Assembly: GCF_009914755.1 (NCBI RefSeq)
Contig: NC_060935.1
Reading direction: 5' to 3' (one strand)
Origin: the human T2T-CHM13v2.0 reference genome, Homo sapiens
DNA: 64,000 nt
Position 1 is the stretch's first letter. Each line of letters begins with the position of its first letter. The notes below the pieces were generated by a model. That model had not been told where the DNA came from. It made no database searches and worked only from the letters and a program-made list of their open reading frames with translations. Made by a program: the position numbers and the translations under genes. Of the stretch, positions 63,213 to 64,000 are shown one piece after another.

Positions 63213-63860
63213 TTTTTAAATTTTTGTTTATACTTTAAGTTCTAGGGTACATGTGCATAACATGCAGGTTTGTTACACATGAATACATGTGCCATGTAGG
63301 TGTGCTGCACCCAATAACTTACTCGACATTTACATTAGGTATATCTCCTAATGCTATCCCTCCCCACTCCCCCCACCCCACAACAGGCCCTGGTGTGTGA
63401 TGTTCCCCTTCCTGTGTCCAAGTGTTATCATTGTTCAATTCCCACCTATGAGTGAGAACACGTGGTGTTTGGTTTTTTGTCCTTGCAATAGTTTGCTGAG
63501 AATGATGGTTTCCAGCTTCATCCATGTCCCTACAAAGGACATGAACTCATCATTTTTTATGGCTGCATAGTATTCCATGGTGTATATGCGCCACATTTTC
63601 TTAATCCAGTCTATCATTGTTGGACATTTTGTGGAGAAATAGGAACACTTTTACACTGTTGTTGGGACTGTAAACTAGTTCAACCATTGTGGAAGACAGT
63701 GTGGCGATCCCTCAGGGATCTAGAACTAGAAATACCATTTGACCCAGCCATCCCATTACTGGGTATATACCCAAAGGATTATAAATCATGCTGCTATAAA
63801 GACACAGGCACACGTATGTTATTGTGGCACTATTCACAATAGCAAAGACTTGGAACCAAC
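63213..63860 (-). mobile_element. Short 5'-inverted L1PA4/5-like insertion (twin priming) with 15-bp TSD
   Basis: Reverse-strand 3'UTR/ORF2 end at 63213-63629, then a forward piece at 63630-63860. Perfect TSD caacatcaaactaat at 63198-63212 and 63857-63871. Confidence 0.95.
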
Positions 63861-64000
63861 ATCAAACTAATATTTCACACCTTGATTTTTCATCATGTCT
63901 ACATCCCACCTTCTATTACATCACCCTTATTGTTTTCCTTCTAGGGCTTTCCTGATGGTCTAAAAAGCCCTCTGAAAGAATTACATAAGGAATATGGAGA

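Overview
This is AT-rich primate (human-like) genomic DNA lying inside the very large introns of GRM5 (metabotropic glutamate receptor 5), which is transcribed on the minus strand. The only real coding feature is one 236-bp internal exon (36280-36515, minus), with a canonical AG acceptor and GTAAG donor, encoding part of the mGlu5 Venus-flytrap domain. Everything else is intron, dominated by transposon fossils: three young L1PA insertions (two 5'-inverted), long decayed L1M elements with nested insertions, about 10 Alu/FRAM copies, a complete two-LTR MaLR (MSTA-like) inside a MER21-like LTR, several solo LTRs, Tigger/MER DNA transposons, L2, MIR and microsatellites. Nearly all listed ORFs are repeat-derived or chance. 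I found no convincing novel gene or biological system. The most notable sequence-level observations are: a probable gene-conversion tract between two neighbouring L1PA copies, a 44-bp templated insertion copied from 1.57 kb away, a ~125-bp fold-back duplication, and a SOX/POU motif cluster near the exon. Repeat subfamily names and consensus comparisons are from memory and need RepeatMasker/Dfam confirmation.
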